DNA of 63,873 nucleotides, counting the filler, from Octopus bimaculoides (Eukaryota), in assembly GCF_001194135.2 (NCBI RefSeq). It is 7 parts of 6 records of this genome, joined end to end, with 100 filler letters (N's around TTAATTAATTAA, not from the genome) between each part and the next. Parts side by side here need not be neighbours in the genome. Positions count along the whole stretch, not along the records: positions 61,928 to 63,873 come from NC_068989.1; 6 more parts are not named here. One strand, written 5' to 3'. The notes under the pieces are model-generated. The model had not been told where the DNA came from and made no database searches. It saw nothing but the letters and a program-made list of their open reading frames with translations. This document shows, in pieces, positions 63,255 to 63,873 of this stretch. A program made the translations under genes and the position numbers. The first letter of the stretch is position 1; each line of letters begins with the position of its first letter.

Positions 63255-63690
63255 ATGTTGTTGTTGTTGTTGTTGGTGGTGGTGGTGTTGTTGTTGTTGT
63301 TGGTGGTGGTGGTGGCGTCGGCGGCGGCAGTGTGGTGCTAATGATGGAAGCGATGGTGATGATGATTATGGGGAGCTAGTTATAGTGATGATGATGATGA
63401 CGATGATGACGACGATGATGATGATGATGATGATACCGATGGTGGTGGTGGTGACGGTGGTGGTTGTGGTGATGATGATGGTGGTGGTGATAGTAATGAT
63501 GAACATGATGATGGTGGTGGTAGTTGTGGTGGCGGTGGTGGCGAGGACGATGATTCCGATGATGATGGTGCTAGTGATGTTGATGATAATGATGGCAGTA
63601 TTGGTGGTGGTGGTGGTGGTGACGGTAATGACGACGACGATGATGATGATCATGATGACAGTGGTGGCGATGATGAGAACAATAATGTAG
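63255..63690. repeat. Cryptic trinucleotide array (GTT/GGT/GAT)
   Basis: Directly visible; source of the poly-V/M/T/I ORFs. Confidence 0.92.
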
Positions 63691-63873
63691 ATGCTGCTAT
63701 TGCCCTTTCATTCTTTCCTCTCCCCCACCCTCCCCATCCACCCGCAAACCACTTCAACCCCCCCACCCCGACCTCTTGTCTATCGTGACATTTCTACAAA
63801 TTGCCATAACCTCTCCACTTAAAATCTCTTCTATCATCCTCAAAATCAACATCATCATCATCATTGTCATCAT

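Overview
Eukaryotic, AT-rich, repeat-dominated draft-assembly DNA with many N gaps. The SINE families and microsatellite load point to an octopod cephalopod (Octopus), which is an inference. Six identical 100-bp gaps (44 N + TTAATTAATTAA + 44 N) mark artificial scaffold joins, so the window is seven blocks whose order and orientation are unproven. Only one host gene is convincingly recognisable: the first two coding exons (minus strand, 38967-38902 and 38802-38517) of an MFSD4/NAGLT1-like MFS transporter. Almost all other ORFs in the track are microsatellite or N artefacts. The rest is mobile DNA: dozens of tRNA-derived SINEs (some with TSDs, some in a head-to-tail array), CR1/L2-like, RTE and R4/Dong-like LINE fragments, two decayed Penelope-like element (PLE) fragments (one GIY-YIG EN, one RT), Tc1/mariner fragments, MITEs, and an 81-bp higher-order satellite. 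The most notable observations are: (1) a recurring hammerhead-ribozyme-like motif with a non-canonical core in the PLE 3' repeat; (2) an R4/Dong RT abutting a (TAA)n tract; (3) an Asp(TM1)/Lys(TM4) pair and an in-frame, stop-free first intron in the transporter; (4) several structured or palindromic repeats. No prokaryote-type system such as CRISPR or an operon is supported.
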